A stretch of DNA of 64,000 bases from contig JAGRAE010000001.1 in assembly GCA_020435005.1 (NCBI GenBank), positions 609 through 64,608 of the forward strand, given 5' to 3'. Numbering within the stretch: the first letter of the stretch is position 1; every line of letters begins with the position of its first letter. The translations under genes were made by a program, and so were the position numbers. The notes beneath the pieces were generated by a model. That model searched no databases and had not been told where the DNA came from. It was given only the letters and a program-made list of their open reading frames with translations. Of the stretch, positions 27,170 through 36,114 are shown piece after piece. This DNA comes from Bdellovibrionales bacterium (lineage in GTDB: Bacteria > Bdellovibrionota > Bdellovibrionia > Bdellovibrionales > UBA1609).

Positions 27170-28621
27170 GTGAATTTAATTCTTTGTCTAATTATATTCT
27201 TATCTTTTTTCAGTAATAAAGTATTAGCAGCTGTTGCTTATAGAGGATCTCATCCAATAGCTTGGAGCGGTCAAGAAGTACCTGTATGTTGGGAAAACAG
27301 TCCTGATGGCAGTAACATCTACAAAGAAGTAACACGTGAAGCTATTGAGCAAAGTTGGGAAAAATATTCAACCTTAAAGTTTATAGGATGGGGGAACTGC
27401 AATAACAATTCACGCGGCATTCGTATCCAAATAGCTGATGATAACCCTCATACAAAAGGTCTGGGCAGAGAATTAAATGGTAAGAAAAATGGTATGTTGT
27501 TAAATTTCACTTTCCAAAAATGGAGTCAAAGTTGCGCATACAACAAAGAATCTTGCGTAGCTTCAATAGGTGTACACGAATTTGGTCATGCAGTTGGTTT
27601 TACCCATGAACACAATCGAGGGGATCGAGATCCTATGTGTAAAGAAGAACCACAGGGTCCAGATGGCAATGCTTTTTTAACTCCTTATGACGGTGAATCA
27701 GTCATGAATTATTGTAATCCTGAATACAACAATGACGGGCAACTTAGTGATGCTGATATTGCAGGAATCCAATTGTTATATGGAATTCCATGTGAAAATT
27801 GGTTGCCCCCAAAAAAGAATACTATTCGTTTATATAAAGGACAAAGAGTTCGAGCAATGATTCCTTTTAAAAAAGGATTAGTAACTGCTTTTCAGCAAGG
27901 CGGTATATATTATTCACCAGATGGCGCTGATCCAGCCAAAGCCTGCAGCAATACACAAAAAGTATATAATGGAAAACAAAAAGTTCTAGCTATGATTCCT
28001 TATAAGAGTGGAATTATTACGGCTTTTTCGGGTGGGGCTATTTATTATAGTCCAGATGGAAAAAACCTTGGAGGCGGAGGTAAATCTAAAAAAGTTTATA
28101 ATGGAAATCAAAAAGTTTCTGCTATGATTCCCTGGAAAGAAGGAGTTATCACTGCTTTTTCAGGTGGAGGCATTTATTTTAGTCCAGATGGAAAAAACCT
28201 TGGTGGCAATGGAAAAACAAAATTAATATACCGATCAAATCAAAACGTACTAGCTATGTCTCCTTATAAAAAAGGTTATGTTACTGCTTTTTCAGGTGGA
28301 GGCATTTATTTTACTTCTAGCGGAAAATATCCTGCTGGTGGTGGAGATTCAATAGTTTTATACAATGGCAGACAAACATTACAAACAATGATACCTTATA
28401 AAAAAGGATTAATAACAGCCTTCTCAGAGGGTGGGGTTTATTTTAGCCCAAATGGGAAGGATATTGGCGGTCGTGGAAAAACAAAAAATATCTACGGTGG
28501 ACAACAAAAAGCTACAGCTATTTCGATTTTTAAAAGTGGAATTGTTTCAGCTTTTCAAGGAGGCGGAATTTATTATAGCCCTAACCTTGATTATGTTGGT
28601 GGGTATAATGGAGGCTATTAA
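27170..28621 (+). CDS. Secreted astacin-family (M12A-like) zinc metalloprotease with a C-terminal six-repeat domain
   Basis: Signal peptide, then HEFGHAVGFTHEHNRGDRD, matching the astacin signature HExxHxxGxxHExxRxDRD. Met-turn-like SVMNY. GTG start with GGAGGA upstream. Confidence 0.85.
   Translation: MNLILCLIIFLSFFSNKVLAAVAYRGSHPIAWSGQEVPVCWENSPDGSNIYKEVTREAIEQSWEKYSTLKFIGWGNCNNNSRGIRIQIADDNPHTKGLGRELNGKKNGMLLNFTFQKWSQSCAYNKESCVASIGVHEFGHAVGFTHEHNRGDRDPMCKEEPQGPDGNAFLTPYDGESVMNYCNPEYNNDGQLSDADIAGIQLLYGIPCENWLPPKKNTIRLYKGQRVRAMIPFKKGLVTAFQQGGIYYSPDGADPAKACSNTQKVYNGKQKVLAMIPYKSGIITAFSGGAIYYSPDGKNLGGGGKSKKVYNGNQKVSAMIPWKEGVITAFSGGGIYFSPDGKNLGGNGKTKLIYRSNQNVLAMSPYKKGYVTAFSGGGIYFTSSGKYPAGGGDSIVLYNGRQTLQTMIPYKKGLITAFSEGGVYFSPNGKDIGGRGKTKNIYGGQQKATAISIFKSGIVSAFQGGGIYYSPNLDYVGGYNGGY
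27833..28618 (+). repeat. Six tandem coding repeats of 132 nt (44 aa; the last is 42 aa) inside the protease gene
   Basis: Repeat consensus Y-x-G-x-Q-K-V-x-A-M-I-P-Y-K-x-G-[IV]-[IV]-T-A-F-S-G-G-G-I-Y-[YF]-S-P-D-G-K-N-L-G-G-x-G-K-x-K-x-[VI]. The units begin YKGQRV, YNGKQK, YNGNQK, YRSNQN, YNGRQT and YGGQQK. Confidence 0.9.
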
Positions 28622-28649
28622 TAAATTACCAATTTATAATTCAATTTAA

Positions 28650-29669
28650 TTAGAAATTTTTAGTAATATAATTGTTAAATTCTCCCTGATTTACAACGTT
28701 GCTATCAAAAATCCAAGCTGTAACCAACCCTGCCGGTGTCACATCAAAGGCGGGGTTGTAGACATCACAGTTTTTTGGTGTCCATTCCACTCCACCACTA
28801 CTCACCTGAAAACCTCTTACCTCTTCATTGGCTCTTTGTTCTATAGGAATACTTTTTCCACTAGAACATTTCAAATCTAACGTTGTTACAGGTGCTGCAC
28901 AATAAAAGTCAATATGATGATACTTCGCTGCTAGCGCTAATGAATAAGTCCCAGTTTTATTGGCAAAATCACCATTGGTTGCAATTCTATCAGCTCCCAC
29001 AAGAACTTTTTGGATTTTTCCTTGTGCCATAAGAGCTGCTGCCATATTGTCACATATTAATGTATAGGGAATTCCATACTTTTTTAGTTCCCAAGTTGTT
29101 AAACGTCCACCTTGCAATAAGGGGCGAGTCTCATCCACATAAACATGAATTTTTTTGCCGCTTTCAAATGCCGCTTTAATAATTCCAAGAGCTGTCCCAA
29201 TTCCCGCAGCAGCTAATCCCCCTGTATTACAATGAGTGAGTATGTTGTCGTCATCTTCAATAAACTTTTCACCATTTTTAGCAATACGCTCACACAAGGC
29301 GACATCTTCATAAAAAATATTTTCCGCTTTTGCTATAACTTCATATTTATTAAAAACAGTTTCAAATTGAGTGAGCTTATCAATAGCATACATTAAATTA
29401 ACAGCCGTAGGACGAGACTCTCTCAACTGTTCGGCGGCCCTCATAAATTCACTCTCGCTAGCTCCCTGCTCTGCATACAAGGCTAAACTTAGAGCTGCAG
29501 CTACACCAATAAGTGGTGCACCCCGAACTTTTAACTCTTTAATTGCAATTACCATTTCTTTTGGGTTTTGAATTTGCTCCCAAACTTCATGATTTGGTAG
29601 TTGCTTTTGATCTAGAATTTTTAAAATACCATTAGAATGCTCAATGGAAAGCGCTTTGAGTTCTTTCAC
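28650..29669 (-). CDS. mtnA: S-methyl-5-thioribose-1-phosphate isomerase
   Basis: eIF-2B alpha/beta/delta-like family: VRGAPLIGVAAA, THCNTGGLA, VDETRPLLQGGRLT, GADRIATNGDFANKTGTY. Confidence 0.9.
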   Translation of the reverse strand: MKELKALSIEHSNGILKILDQKQLPNHEVWEQIQNPKEMVIAIKELKVRGAPLIGVAAALSLALYAEQGASESEFMRAAEQLRESRPTAVNLMYAIDKLTQFETVFNKYEVIAKAENIFYEDVALCERIAKNGEKFIEDDDNILTHCNTGGLAAAGIGTALGIIKAAFESGKKIHVYVDETRPLLQGGRLTTWELKKYGIPYTLICDNMAAALMAQGKIQKVLVGADRIATNGDFANKTGTYSLALAAKYHHIDFYCAAPVTTLDLKCSSGKSIPIEQRANEEVRGFQVSSGGVEWTPKNCDVYNPAFDVTPAGLVTAWIFDSNVVNQGEFNNYITKNF

Positions 29670-30337
29670 AACACAATATCTCCCATATTCTTCACAATTT
29701 CTTGTCTGAGATCTTTTAACAAATTCACCTTTTCTTGAGGTAACTCTGTGACTCCACCTAAATTATTTGCCAAATACAAAATTTGTGAACTGTGTTCAAT
29801 GCGCTCCATACCTCTATGAGCTTCTTGAAGATTTTCTCCCCAACACAAAGCCCCATGACGTGCTAGTATCATTACCCGATGTTTTGGTAAATATGGCTCA
29901 ATATTCTGGCCCATTTCTGAAGTTCCAGGAATAGCAAAAGGCACTATAGGAATCGTTCCACAGGCTAATATTAGCTCGGACATAGCTCCACAAGGCAACT
30001 CCGTTAAATCAGGGCGAGCAATAGACCAAGCTATAGCATAGGGGGGATGTGCGTGAATAACTGACTTGGCCTTCTCACAATTTTTGTAGACTTCTAAATG
30101 CATCCACATTTCACTAGAGGGCTGGCCTTTTAATACTTTTCCTTCAATATCAACACAAGCCATATCTTCAACGTCCATGAAGGCTTTCATAACTCCAGAT
30201 GGAGTAATCCAAATTTCTTTATCTGAAATTCGAAAACTGATATTGCCATCTGCAGCTGCCAACATGTTTTTTTCATGTAATCTTTTGCAAATTTTTACAA
30301 TCTGCTTTTTCAGCTTGGTATTTTTATCCTGACTCAT
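29666..30337 (-). CDS. mtnB: Class II aldolase/adducin-family protein, probably methylthioribulose-1-phosphate dehydratase
   Basis: AADGNISFRI and the metal-binding His in VIHAHPPYAIAW. The 4-nt overlap with mtnA suggests the salvage-pathway role. The family call is firmer than the specific activity. Confidence 0.6.
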   Translation of the reverse strand: MSQDKNTKLKKQIVKICKRLHEKNMLAAADGNISFRISDKEIWITPSGVMKAFMDVEDMACVDIEGKVLKGQPSSEMWMHLEVYKNCEKAKSVIHAHPPYAIAWSIARPDLTELPCGAMSELILACGTIPIVPFAIPGTSEMGQNIEPYLPKHRVMILARHGALCWGENLQEAHRGMERIEHSSQILYLANNLGGVTELPQEKVNLLKDLRQEIVKNMGDIVL

Positions 30338-30351
30338 CTAGGATCACCCTC

Positions 30352-31407
30352 ATGTATTTAAAATTTCCAGTTAAGTATACTAAAATCATTGAAAAGCTTC
30401 TCAGTCAATTAGGATATAAATTAAGTGATTCATACACACTAGCAAGCTTGGTTTTGGAACTTTCAGAACATTACAATTCTAGAGTGATTTCACCCAATAT
30501 TTGGACATCTTCACAAAGAACTGCCGCCTATTTGGTTTATTTTTTTCCTCTCAATTATTTGCGTATAACCAGAGCAATGTTACTTGCTAAGCAAGTTGGT
30601 TTTTGGCGAGAACCTCGCCACTGGATAGAACTCGGTAGTGGTAATGGCGCTGCTTTTTTAGCATTTCTAGATAATATATCCATTGATTTGACGGGTGCCG
30701 ATTTTATTGAACTCTCCAAAGAAGCCAATCTCCTCATGTATGAATTTCTGAAACAATTAAATGCCTTCGATTTAAAAAAATGCACTTGGCACAATCAGCC
30801 CCTACCTCTCAAAGTTTCTCAACAGAGCTTATTTATATCTAGCTATGCAATAAATGAATTATCACAATTTCCTTTATGGGCTGGTACTTGTAAAGACCAC
30901 TTTATTATCGAACCCTCATTACAAGAAACCACACGGCAACTTATGAATTGGCGACAAAAAATGTTGGAAAGTCATCACTATGCCTGGGCACCTTGTACAC
31001 ATCAAGAATATTGCCCACTAATAAAACATTCTAAAAAGGATTGGTGCTTTGATCGCTTTTTTATAGATCCACCCGAATGGTTTTTAGAAATAGAAAAATT
31101 CTTGCCAATGAAGAACACTTCTCTCACTTATTCTTACCTGGCTCTATCCAAAGAACCTCCCCTCAAAAAAGAAAAATGGGGACGAATAATTGGCGATACA
31201 CTAAAAGAAAAAGGTAAACATCGTCAGGCATTTTGCCGTAGCTCCGAAAGAGAGTTTTTGTCTTGGTTAAAAAAAGAAGGACAACCACCCCAATTACCTA
31301 GAGGGCATTTGCTGTATTTAAATTCTGTAATGAAGAAAGGGAGCGAGCTACGTCACTTACCAAATGACCTTGAAACTCTTGACCTTGATAAGCCATTCTC
31401 TCCTTAA
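30352..31407 (+). CDS. SAM-dependent methyltransferase, Rsm22-like (COG5459-type)
   Basis: SAM motif I WIELGSGNGAAF, and a Cys cluster APCTHQEYCPL...DWCFDRF as in bacterial Rsm22-family proteins. The 3' end overlaps the convergent gene by 110 nt. Confidence 0.55.
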   Translation: MYLKFPVKYTKIIEKLLSQLGYKLSDSYTLASLVLELSEHYNSRVISPNIWTSSQRTAAYLVYFFPLNYLRITRAMLLAKQVGFWREPRHWIELGSGNGAAFLAFLDNISIDLTGADFIELSKEANLLMYEFLKQLNAFDLKKCTWHNQPLPLKVSQQSLFISSYAINELSQFPLWAGTCKDHFIIEPSLQETTRQLMNWRQKMLESHHYAWAPCTHQEYCPLIKHSKKDWCFDRFFIDPPEWFLEIEKFLPMKNTSLTYSYLALSKEPPLKKEKWGRIIGDTLKEKGKHRQAFCRSSEREFLSWLKKEGQPPQLPRGHLLYLNSVMKKGSELRHLPNDLETLDLDKPFSP

Positions 31408-32308
31408 AACGATCTAAAACGTACTGGTAGGAAGCCATTTTATTACCGGCCCATGCTGGAGCGACTAATTCGTCATGACGACTAGCTACTGCTGTTAAAC
31501 GGTGAACAGAAATTTCTGGATTTAGGTAAACTAAAAAATCAATTACTCGATCAGCGTACTCTTCTTTTGAAATAGGTCTAAACAATCCAGCGTTATATTC
31601 TAGCTCTAAAGGTGTGTTTTTAAGAACATGTAGGTTGTGTAATTTAACATTATTAATTGGCAATTGATTAGTCAGTAGTGAGAAGTTTTTAATTTGTTCA
31701 CGAGTTTCACCGGGCAAACCAAACATGAGATGAATCCCTAAGTCTAAATCTGGACAGGCTTCACGAATGCGGTATATAGATTTTATTGCTAACTTTGCCG
31801 TGTGTCCACGGTGCATCCATATGAGTTGATCCTCGTCAAAGCTTTGTACGCCCAACTCCACACTTACAAAAGTTTTCTTTAAAGTGCGGTTCCACAGTTC
31901 AAAAACTGCATCTGAAATACAATCGGGTCTTGTACCTATAACTACACCTACAACATCTTTATTTTTTAAGGCTATATCTATTTGCTTTTCCAGTGTCTGT
32001 GTTTTTGAAAAGGTATTTGTATATGCCTGAAAATAAACAAGGAATTTATGGGCATTATACCTTTTACGCAAATGCTCTTTATTTAAGGCTATCTGACTGG
32101 ATAAGTGCTCTTCCCTGTGTTGAGGATAGGCTGCAGAACCCCATTCATCACAAAAGTTACAGACTGTCATTCCACGAATACCATCACGATTTGGACAGGT
32201 GGTTGCTGTGCTTACGGGAACCTTCCATACTTTTTCGCCAAAAAGGTAATGATAATACAAGCTTATAGGAAAATAAGGCAAGCCTTGCCATTGGGGAAAT
32301 CCTGACAT
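31298..32308 (-). CDS. Radical SAM protein, TIGR01212 (YhcC-like) family
   Basis: CPNRDGIRGMTVCNFCDEWG cluster region near the N-terminus, followed by a TIM-barrel-like pattern (GVVIGTRPDC, VELGVQS). Confidence 0.8.
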   Translation of the reverse strand: MSGFPQWQGLPYFPISLYYHYLFGEKVWKVPVSTATTCPNRDGIRGMTVCNFCDEWGSAAYPQHREEHLSSQIALNKEHLRKRYNAHKFLVYFQAYTNTFSKTQTLEKQIDIALKNKDVVGVVIGTRPDCISDAVFELWNRTLKKTFVSVELGVQSFDEDQLIWMHRGHTAKLAIKSIYRIREACPDLDLGIHLMFGLPGETREQIKNFSLLTNQLPINNVKLHNLHVLKNTPLELEYNAGLFRPISKEEYADRVIDFLVYLNPEISVHRLTAVASRHDELVAPAWAGNKMASYQYVLDRFKERMAYQGQEFQGHLVSDVARSLSSLQNLNTANAL

Positions 32309-32323
32309 ATTTGAGTATCTACA

Positions 32324-33073
32324 ATGAATAAGGCTTTATTTCAAATAATTAAAACGGCTGATGGAAGTCCCAGTTTAGAATGGGCTACAACTGGCGAAGC
32401 CATGCACAATCGAATGGGTGCTTTTGCTGAAAGTGTTGCTCTCTACGGTGAAGCTATTGAAAATGCTGTAAAAACATTTAATCAGCTTAAATTGCTCTCG
32501 ATTGGACTGGGGCTAGGTTATAATGAACTCATAACGGCTTCTGTTTGCCTCAAGTTTAATTTGAAATCTTTTTATATTGAATCTTTTGAAACAGATGAAA
32601 TTTTAAGAATGAATTTTTTAAATTGGTTAGATGGTCAGGAGCCTTCTTTAAAAACATGTTATGATCAAATTCTTAATTTATGTGCCAATTACTTCTTATT
32701 AAACTCATCTGATATTAAGAATAACTTAGTAAAAGCCTATTCTAATCATCAATTTAACTTAAGAAAACAATTAAACAAAGATACAGTTTTTACCAATAAA
32801 TTTAATTGCATCCTCTACGATCCTTTTTCTGCAAAAACGAACCCAGAATGTTGGGATGAAGATTTTCTAAATAATTTTCTTGAAAAAGTATGTGAATCCA
32901 ACTGCATTTTTTCTACTTATGCAGCAAAAGGTACACTTAAAAGAAGTCTAAAAGGACAGGGCTTTGTTGTAAAAAATCCACCTGGCTTTGGGGGCAAACG
33001 TAATAGCACATACGCCTATATGTTAATTCAAGGACTAACTTCGCCCAACTCCTCAATGAGATCAAAGGTATAA
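32324..33073 (+). CDS. mnmD: Stand-alone MnmC/MnmD-like tRNA (mnm5s2U34) methyltransferase domain protein (DUF752 type)
   Basis: KTADGSPSLEW...GEAMHNRMGAFAES and ILYDPFSAKTNPECWDEDFL...STYAAKGTLKRSLKGQGF...GFGGKR parallel the E. coli MnmC methyltransferase domain (FLDGFAPAKNPDMW...TFTSAG...GFGRKR). Confidence 0.7.
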   Translation: MNKALFQIIKTADGSPSLEWATTGEAMHNRMGAFAESVALYGEAIENAVKTFNQLKLLSIGLGLGYNELITASVCLKFNLKSFYIESFETDEILRMNFLNWLDGQEPSLKTCYDQILNLCANYFLLNSSDIKNNLVKAYSNHQFNLRKQLNKDTVFTNKFNCILYDPFSAKTNPECWDEDFLNNFLEKVCESNCIFSTYAAKGTLKRSLKGQGFVVKNPPGFGGKRNSTYAYMLIQGLTSPNSSMRSKV

Positions 33074-33954
33074 AGAAATCTATTTATTGAATCTTCATTT
33101 GCAGGTAATATATTTATTATTTGACGATGAATTCCTTTAACTAGGTCCACTCTTTCCTCAGAAAGTATAATTTTGTATGCTATACCATTTATATCCGTAA
33201 CATACCAATAACTGCCTTCACGCCCACTGTGTCCTTCTGAATATAACAACAAAGGTTGCTGTGATAAATTTTTATCTTCATACAACTCAAAAGCACGGCG
33301 AATGTCTTTATTACTCAAACTCAAAAAATGGCGAATTTGTAAGAGCGTAGCAGGGTGTATATATAATTTTTGCTGATAAAAAACACTATTTTGATTAAAA
33401 GTGATAAAGAAACTTTGTAAGTTTAATTCTTTATTTTTATCTAGTTGCATATTTATATCATTTCCATTGTTGCCACTTGCTATAGATTTTAATCTCAACT
33501 TTTTATACATATTTTCTAGAAATAGGCGTACCTGTTTTTTATCATCAACCTTTTCAATTTGTGTTAATTTTTTAACCTCAGTCCTTTTTAAAAAACTCAG
33601 TTTAGGATCTATTTGGTAAGTTAATTTATAATACTTGCCATTTATAAAAGCTATAAACTCAAAAGCATAAAACTCATCACTTTTAACCTCAATACCCGTA
33701 AAGTCAGATCTATTTAATAGTTGCAAAGCGGAACTTAGATCTTCATTGGTTAATTGATGCAGCTCAAGTGTTGTGCCTAATTCATTTTGACTATAAACGG
33801 CTGCCTCAAGAAGTTCGGGAATTTCAACAATATCATCTAAGGCAAATAAACAGGCCTGCTTTGAATTCAAATGTACTCTTTTTGAACCCTTGCTGGAAGC
33901 CTGAACAACATGATTTATTGATAGTAGTATTAGAAGTAAAATTATTGCCTGCAT
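33028..33954 (-). CDS. Hypothetical secreted protein
   Basis: Signal peptide MQAIILLLILLSINHVVQA. 308 aa with no recognised motif. The 3' end overlaps the convergent mnmD-like gene by 46 nt. Confidence 0.5.
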   Translation of the reverse strand: MQAIILLLILLSINHVVQASSKGSKRVHLNSKQACLFALDDIVEIPELLEAAVYSQNELGTTLELHQLTNEDLSSALQLLNRSDFTGIEVKSDEFYAFEFIAFINGKYYKLTYQIDPKLSFLKRTEVKKLTQIEKVDDKKQVRLFLENMYKKLRLKSIASGNNGNDINMQLDKNKELNLQSFFITFNQNSVFYQQKLYIHPATLLQIRHFLSLSNKDIRRAFELYEDKNLSQQPLLLYSEGHSGREGSYWYVTDINGIAYKIILSEERVDLVKGIHRQIINILPANEDSINRFLYTFDLIEELGEVSP

Positions 33955-34173
33955 AGATTAGCCTTTAGCATTTCACATGCCATTTCAGGGCCTTGCAGAA
34001 ATTAATTTTTTCTAAATAAAGTGTAAAATACTTTTACATGAGTCCATAATTGTCACGACTCACAAGAGTTTTTCAAATTGTTTTCATTTATTAGTTTTAT
34101 ATACTTTATTTTTGCCAATTGGGCGAAAAAGTGTTTTCTTGATTCTAACTCATTAAAATATTATTTTACAGCC

Positions 34174-34932
34174 ATGATTTTACTTAAAATAATTGTTTTC
34201 TTCACACTCCTTTTGCCCCAACTCTCACATGCTATCGTCAACATAGAATCTCTGCGTATGCAAAATTCCGAAGAAGACTTTGTCTTATCATTCCAAATAT
34301 CCTTTAATAAAAAAGAGGGAAATTCTAATGAAGATAAAATTAATCTTATTGGGCAAACCCAAAGACGAAGTCTCAATACTGAGCATTTAGCTCTTATCAA
34401 TTACAAATTTGAGGAGAGTCAATCCGTTCGTACTGAAGATCAAAGGCTATTCCACTATCGCTGGGGATACTTCTTAAGTCCTAAACTAACCTTAGAGTCT
34501 TATATACAATGGCAAGAGGATCATTTTAAACATTTAAATTTTAGAGGCCTTTGGGGGCTCGGTGTAAGGCATAAAGTTCTGGAACAAATGAATTTAAAAT
34601 TTAATGTCGGATACGGACTTTTTCGCTCTAAAGAGGAGTATGAATCCAACGCAAAACAAACTGATATAGAGTGGACCACTCGAGTGAATACTTATTTTTC
34701 TACTTTTTTAATCTTAATGGAAAATGTAAATTTAGAATCCATTTTGTATTTTCAACCGAGTATTAATTTAATAAAGGATTATCGTATACACTGGTTAAAT
34801 CAGATTAATTTTAATGTTAATCAACACCTAACATGGTTGATATCCTATGAAAAAAACCTAGACAACCAACCACCTGAGGGCATTAAAAAAACTGACCACG
34901 AATACGGAACCGCTTTGAAAATTAAGTTTTAA
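34174..34932 (+). CDS. Predicted outer-membrane beta-barrel protein (DUF481-like)
   Basis: Signal peptide MILLKIIVFFTLLLPQLSHA from the ATG at 34174. Alternating hydrophobic pattern and a C-terminal ...ALKIKF ending in Phe, typical of OMP barrels. Confidence 0.45.
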   Translation: MILLKIIVFFTLLLPQLSHAIVNIESLRMQNSEEDFVLSFQISFNKKEGNSNEDKINLIGQTQRRSLNTEHLALINYKFEESQSVRTEDQRLFHYRWGYFLSPKLTLESYIQWQEDHFKHLNFRGLWGLGVRHKVLEQMNLKFNVGYGLFRSKEEYESNAKQTDIEWTTRVNTYFSTFLILMENVNLESILYFQPSINLIKDYRIHWLNQINFNVNQHLTWLISYEKNLDNQPPEGIKKTDHEYGTALKIKF

Positions 34933-34991
34933 CTCGAACTCTTTCAAATACTAATGAAATGACCCGTAAAGCTTTAAGCTTGTTTATATTT

Positions 34992-35939
34992 TCACTGCAA
35001 ATTGGTAATGACTATTAAATCTCCGGATGAACCCTCTTGGATATCATCATTAAGTAATTCATTAATCTGAGCCTCCGTGGCATTTTCAACAAAGGTTTGA
35101 CTAACTATATGAACATTTTTAGCCCCTCTTGCCTTAAAGCGAGCCGCCAATCCATCTCCATATGCAGCGTGAAAATTTCCAACAATTACAACCATAACTG
35201 AATTGTTATGTTGTGGTAGTGAGTTTAAATAATCTAATGACTTCCAAGACATTGAGTCATCCCATAAACTTTGTGCCCAAAACATATTGGTAATCATCTC
35301 TTCTGTAATTTTGCCATGAGAACCGCCAAATGAGAGTATAACTTCGCGAAACCTTTGATAATAACTCTCACTCCCCCATTCATAATTTGGTGGCAAATAA
35401 GCTTTTTCTTCTGGAGTTAGAGAATCTATACCTTGACCACTCACTTTCCCTGTAATAGCTCGCGGCAAATTTATTGCCCTGACCATACCGCCATTAAAAG
35501 TTTCAGACAATTTCATCGTTGGTAAATAGCAGTCAAAAGGCAAAGCTACGAATAGATCCTCATAACCTTTATTTTCAGTATACTCCAAACAGCTGGAATA
35601 CTTGCTTTGACGCCAATTCATTTGCTTTAAAAAATCTTCTTCAGACATACTACCCTTAACATAGTCACTTAGTTCTTGTTGAAGAGTATAAGGAACATGC
35701 TCCATGCCCACGTTGACACTAAAACCCGCTTGTTGAAGATTTTTAACAACATCATATTGTGTTTGGTGATGGGGATAAAAGCCATGTTGTTCACCGACTA
35801 AAATAACATCTCCGGCTTTTACTCTAGAGACCAAATAATTGAGATCCGTTTTTGTACCATGTCCGTCAAATATGTGATTAGTATAATCAAGTGCCCACAG
35901 GCTGTGAAAAGCCATTAACAAACCAACTATTATTGTCAT
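34992..35939 (-). CDS. ChaN-family (haem-binding uptake / Tiki-like) protein
   Basis: DVILVGEQHGFYPHHQTQ...VGMEHV and VVIVGNFHAAYGDGLAARF match the ChaN/PF04187 pattern (GExH...H...E...GxxH). Confidence 0.6.
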   Translation of the reverse strand: MTIIVGLLMAFHSLWALDYTNHIFDGHGTKTDLNYLVSRVKAGDVILVGEQHGFYPHHQTQYDVVKNLQQAGFSVNVGMEHVPYTLQQELSDYVKGSMSEEDFLKQMNWRQSKYSSCLEYTENKGYEDLFVALPFDCYLPTMKLSETFNGGMVRAINLPRAITGKVSGQGIDSLTPEEKAYLPPNYEWGSESYYQRFREVILSFGGSHGKITEEMITNMFWAQSLWDDSMSWKSLDYLNSLPQHNNSVMVVIVGNFHAAYGDGLAARFKARGAKNVHIVSQTFVENATEAQINELLNDDIQEGSSGDLIVITNLQ

Positions 35940-36114
35940 TTATCTCCCCCAGATAAAATTTACTAAATTTTATGAAATAAATGCCTGATATAGCAAGTTC
36001 GTATTATGTTTTATTTAAGCTAGGAATTATTACTTGTATAGAAGTGACTTGTTTTGAAAGTAATTCAATTATATTGCGATGCGATAACAGTTTGTTAGAT
36101 AATTATTTTTCATT

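Noticed and set aside
27833-28618. A regular 132-nt periodicity that could be mistaken for a non-coding repeat array or a CRISPR-like structure.
   Set aside because: The units are contiguous, have no unique spacers, stay in frame in one long ORF and are conserved at the protein level more than at the DNA level. They are coding domain repeats.
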